A stretch of DNA of 54,725 nt, taken from Thermoanaerobaculia bacterium (lineage in GTDB: Bacteria; Acidobacteriota; Thermoanaerobaculia; UBA5066). The notes below the pieces were generated by a model. That model did no database searches. It saw only the letters and a program-made list of their open reading frames with translations, and was not told where the DNA came from. Made by a program: the position numbers and the translations under genes. The first letter of the stretch is position 1. Every line of letters starts with the position of its first letter. The stretch is from NCBI GenBank assembly GCA_035455045.1, contig DATIFW010000253.1, forward strand, positions 1-54,725. Direction: 5' to 3'. Positions 51,688 through 54,725 of the stretch are shown here, one piece after another.

Positions 51688-54600
51688 ATGAGAATGCCCT
51701 TTCGGTCGGTCGTCATCCTTTCTCTCGCGCTGCTCTCGGGCGATGCACTCGGCGCGGGGCTCCCGAACTTCGACGCCTTCGGGGCGCGGCCGCGGAAGCC
51801 GGGGTCCGACGCGGCGCTTCTCAAGAAGGCGGAAGCGGCCGTGAACCCGGGCGTCAGGCTCCAGAGCGAGAGCCGCCTCGGCGTGCCGACGTTCTTGTGG
51901 GTCGCGGGCAGCCACGGGGCGTCGCTCGCCGCTGCCGCCGGCCGCACGGTCGGGGACCCGATGTCGCCGGAGGAGTCGGCGGCGCGGGCCGCCCTCGCCC
52001 AGTTCGGCTCGCTCTACGGTCTGAGCTCCACGGATGTCGCGTCCGCGACCGTCTCGATGGTCCACAACACGGGTCGAGGCGCGATCATCGTCAAGTTCCG
52101 CCAGCAGGTCGGCGGCACCGACATCTTCCACGAAGAGATCAACGTCCTCATGAACCGGAAGCTCGAGGCTCTCGCGATCTCGGGCTACATCAGCAGCGCC
52201 GCGACGCCAGCCGCCCAGGGTGGGTCCCTCTCCTTCGCGCTCGGCGCGTCCGCCGCCGCGGCGACCGCCGTCCGCGACGTGACCCGCGCCGGCGTCAACG
52301 CGTCGGAGTTCGTCTCGGTCGGGTCGGAGGGCGGCTACCAGAAGCTCACCCTGCCCGCCTCCTCCGCGGCACGCCTCGACGAGGCGGTGCGCGTCAAGCC
52401 GGTCTACTTCCACTGGCCGGAGGGGCTCGAGGCGGCGTATTACGTCGAGGTGATCGGGCGCTCCCCGGACCACGAGCCCGGCGTCCTCGACGCCACGGGC
52501 GCCGTCGGCTCGAACGAAGGCTACGCGTACGTCGTGTCCGCCGTGAACGGCAGCCTGCTCTTCCGGAAGAGCCTCTCGGCGGACGCGGGATTCACGTATC
52601 GCGTCTGGGCGGACCCCGTGACCCGGATCCCGTACGACACGCCCGCGGGCAACGGCCCTCACCCGAAGACGAACCCGCTCCCCGACGGCGCCCAGGCCCC
52701 CTTCGTGCCGACGAACGACGTCGCTCTCCTCAACTTCCCGTTCAGCCGGAACGACCCGTGGCTCGCCCCGGGTTCGACGGAGACGTCCGGCAACAACGCG
52801 GATGCCTTCCTGAACCTCTTCGCTCCCGACGGCTACGGAAACCCGGTCACGACGGCGCCGGCTGATCCCCCGAACGGCGACTACCGCGCCCAGATCACGG
52901 CGGCGGACCAGTTCCTCCACACGCACGTCCCCGACGTGACGACGTCCTCCGCGGACGCGCGCCAGGCCTCGATCCAGCAGCTCTTCTACGACGTCAACTT
53001 CCTCCACGACTGGTACTACGACTCCGGCTTCGACGAGGCCTCGCTCAACGCCCAGACCAACAACTTCGGGCGCGGAGGCCTCGGCAACGACAACATCAAG
53101 GCGCAGGTCCAGGACTTCAGCGGCTTCAGCAACGCCAACATGCTGACTCCCGCCGACGGCGCACGGCCCCGGATGCGCATGTACGTCTTCCCGTCCCTCG
53201 CGAACCACCTCGACATCCAGGCCCCGGCGGCCATCGTCGGGAAGGCGGACATCGGCGTCACGATCGCCGGCCCGCAGTCCTTCGACATCACGAACGACAT
53301 CGTGATCGCCACGTTCACGAGCGGCCCGTCCACGTGCACGATCACGAATGCCGCCGCGCTCGACGGCAAGATCGCGATGTTCGACTTCGACAACACCGAC
53401 GGCACGGGCTGCTCGTTCACGACGAGGATCCTGAGGATCACGTCCACGAACGCTCTCGCCGCGCTCATGGTGTACACCTCCGCGGTTCCGACGGTCGTCG
53501 CGAACATCACGGGTTTCGTCACGACGTTCACGAAGCCGATCGCGACGATCAGCTGGAATACCGGACTTTCGATCAAGGGTCAGCTCTCGATGCCCGCCAC
53601 GGTCACGACCCGGCTGCTCCGTGCACCGGACCGCGACGGCACGCTCGACAACCAGATCGTCTTCCACGAGTGGGCCCATTACCTCAGCAATCGCCTCGTC
53701 GGAAACGCCAGCGGTCTCTCGACCCAGCAGTCCGGCGGAATGGGCGAGGGTTGGGGAGATATCAATTCGATGATGCTGACGGTCCGCCAGGACGACACGT
53801 CGGTGCCGAGCAACGCGACGTGGAACGGCGCGTACGCCCTGGCAACCTATGCCACGAGCGGCGTCCCCTTCAACGGCGCGGTCAACGACTCCTACTACTT
53901 CGGCATCCGCCGATATCCGTACTCGACGGACATGACGAAGAACCCGCTCACCTTCACGCACATCCAGAACGGAGTGCCGCTCCCCGTCGGGCCCCCGGTC
54001 GCGTTCGGCGCGAGCGGCTCGAACAACGCCGAGGTCCACAACACGGGCGAGGTCTGGACGACGATGCTCTGGGAGTGCTACGCGGCGCTCCTCCGCGACA
54101 CCCAGGGCGGATCGCCGCGCCTGACGTTCCAGCAGGCGCAGGACCGGATGAAGGGGTACCTCGTCGCCTCCCTGAAGATGACGCCGGTCGCACCGACGTT
54201 CACGGAGGCCCGCGACGCGGTCCTCGCGGCCGCCCTGGCGAACGACGTCGTCGACTACGTGGAGATGCAGCAGGCCTTCGCCAAACGAGGCGCCGGAATC
54301 GGCGCGGTCTCACCCGACCGTTTCGCGACCGACAACGTCCCGGTCGTCGAGAGCTTCCAGACCGGACCCGAGCTCGTCTTCCAGGGCGCCTCGGTCGACG
54401 ACGGCCTCGCCTGGTGCGTCGCGGACGGGATCCTCGACAGCGGCGAGTACGGCCACCTCGTCGTGACGCTCAAGAACATCGGTACGACGACCCTGACCGG
54501 CACGACCGCGACGATCACGTCGCCCAGCGCGGGTGTCAGCTTCCCGAACGGCAATACGATCGTCTTCCCGTCTTCCGAGCCCGTGGCGACCACCACCGGC

Positions 54601-54725
54601 TCGGTCGTCGTCGCGTTCGCCTGGGGCATCGCCGGCATCCAGCAGCTCGACTTCCAGATCGACTACAACGACCCGCAGCTCGTGGGCGGGCCACGCACGG
54701 CGACCGCGGGTTTCCGTGCGAACGC
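51688..54725 (+). CDS. Secreted M36 (fungalysin-like) zinc metalloprotease with FTP propeptide and PA-domain insert; 3'-truncated by the window end
   Basis: Absent from the ORF track because no stop lies in the window. My translation from ATG 51688: signal 'MRMPFRSVVILSLALLSGDALG'; propeptide 'IIVKFRQQVGGTDIFHEEINVLMN'; PA-like 'ITNAAALDGKIAMFDFDNTDGTGCSF'; catalytic 'VFHEWAHYLSNRL' (HExxH) and 'GMGEGWGD', both as in fungalysins; 'AEVHNTGEVW'. Confidence 0.85.
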   Translation, partial: MRMPFRSVVILSLALLSGDALGAGLPNFDAFGARPRKPGSDAALLKKAEAAVNPGVRLQSESRLGVPTFLWVAGSHGASLAAAAGRTVGDPMSPEESAARAALAQFGSLYGLSSTDVASATVSMVHNTGRGAIIVKFRQQVGGTDIFHEEINVLMNRKLEALAISGYISSAATPAAQGGSLSFALGASAAAATAVRDVTRAGVNASEFVSVGSEGGYQKLTLPASSAARLDEAVRVKPVYFHWPEGLEAAYYVEVIGRSPDHEPGVLDATGAVGSNEGYAYVVSAVNGSLLFRKSLSADAGFTYRVWADPVTRIPYDTPAGNGPHPKTNPLPDGAQAPFVPTNDVALLNFPFSRNDPWLAPGSTETSGNNADAFLNLFAPDGYGNPVTTAPADPPNGDYRAQITAADQFLHTHVPDVTTSSADARQASIQQLFYDVNFLHDWYYDSGFDEASLNAQTNNFGRGGLGNDNIKAQVQDFSGFSNANMLTPADGARPRMRMYVFPSLANHLDIQAPAAIVGKADIGVTIAGPQSFDITNDIVIATFTSGPSTCTITNAAALDGKIAMFDFDNTDGTGCSFTTRILRITSTNALAALMVYTSAVPTVVANITGFVTTFTKPIATISWNTGLSIKGQLSMPATVTTRLLRAPDRDGTLDNQIVFHEWAHYLSNRLVGNASGLSTQQSGGMGEGWGDINSMMLTVRQDDTSVPSNATWNGAYALATYATSGVPFNGAVNDSYYFGIRRYPYSTDMTKNPLTFTHIQNGVPLPVGPPVAFGASGSNNAEVHNTGEVWTTMLWECYAALLRDTQGGSPRLTFQQAQDRMKGYLVASLKMTPVAPTFTEARDAVLAAALANDVVDYVEMQQAFAKRGAGIGAVSPDRFATDNVPVVESFQTGPELVFQGASVDDGLAWCVADGILDSGEYGHLVVTLKNIGTTTLTGTTATITSPSAGVSFPNGNTIVFPSSEPVATTTGSVVVAFAWGIAGIQQLDFQIDYNDPQLVGGPRTATAGFRAN

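Noticed and set aside
51661-54039. 792-aa minus-strand ORF and the 408-aa plus-strand ORF 51639-52865.
   Set aside because: These are the antisense frame and an alternative frame of the M36 protease gene. The protease frame has the signal peptide, HExxH and GEGWGD. The track omitted it only because it has no stop inside the window.

Overview
High-GC bacterial chromosomal segment. The gene content looks Acidobacteriota-like (Oar-type TonB receptor, orphan FtsX/MacB permeases, Ser/Thr kinases with beta-propellers, a kinase-linked ECF sigma factor), but the taxon is inference only. I support about 50 protein genes, two tRNA-Ser genes and one SAM-I riboswitch with its terminator. I recognised no transposase, integrase, phage gene or CRISPR array. 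Most long ORFs in the supplied track that lie antisense or out of frame to these genes are Arg/Pro/Gly-rich shadow ORFs typical of high-GC DNA.

Layout, left to right:
- Sugar-utilisation-like locus: glucoamylase-like lipoprotein fragment, TonB receptor, LacI regulator with a perfect 16-bp operator, divergent orphan MalK-like ATPase.
- SDR, esterase, HAD hydrolase and a secreted hypothetical protein.
- DUF4386 and DUF971 genes.
- MacA-like adaptor plus two FtsX permeases, with no ATPase gene.
- tRNA-Ser(GCU), tRNA-Ser(UGA) and serS.
- Four translationally coupled glycosyltransferase genes.
- DinB, amidohydrolase, PagL-like protein and a large Ser/Thr kinase.
- M20 peptidase, leaderless OmpA-like protein, Hfq-like protein, RicT/PSP1, ROK kinase, pgi and a GT39 glycosyltransferase.
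- Corrinoid methyltransferase cassette.
- PrdB/GrdB-like protein with an in-frame UGA.
- purD.
- SAM-riboswitch-controlled operon: Hcy-MT/MTHFR fusion, lipoprotein, metH.
- SRPBCC protein plus an ECF sigma factor with a C-terminal extension.
- VOC protein and a small membrane protein.
- Ser/Thr kinase plus ECF43-like sigma factor, divergent from an M36 fungalysin-like protease that runs off the window.

Most interesting observations:
1. A four-gene cassette (33577-37324) has the module composition of cobalamin-dependent methionine synthase, but an MttB-family methyltransferase sits where the folate module would be.
2. That cassette is bracketed by a 58-nt direct repeat.
3. Next to it, two ORFs that the track reports separately are one frame joined by UGA in a U-x-x-C motif, with a SECIS-like hairpin downstream. 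This is a probable selenoprotein.
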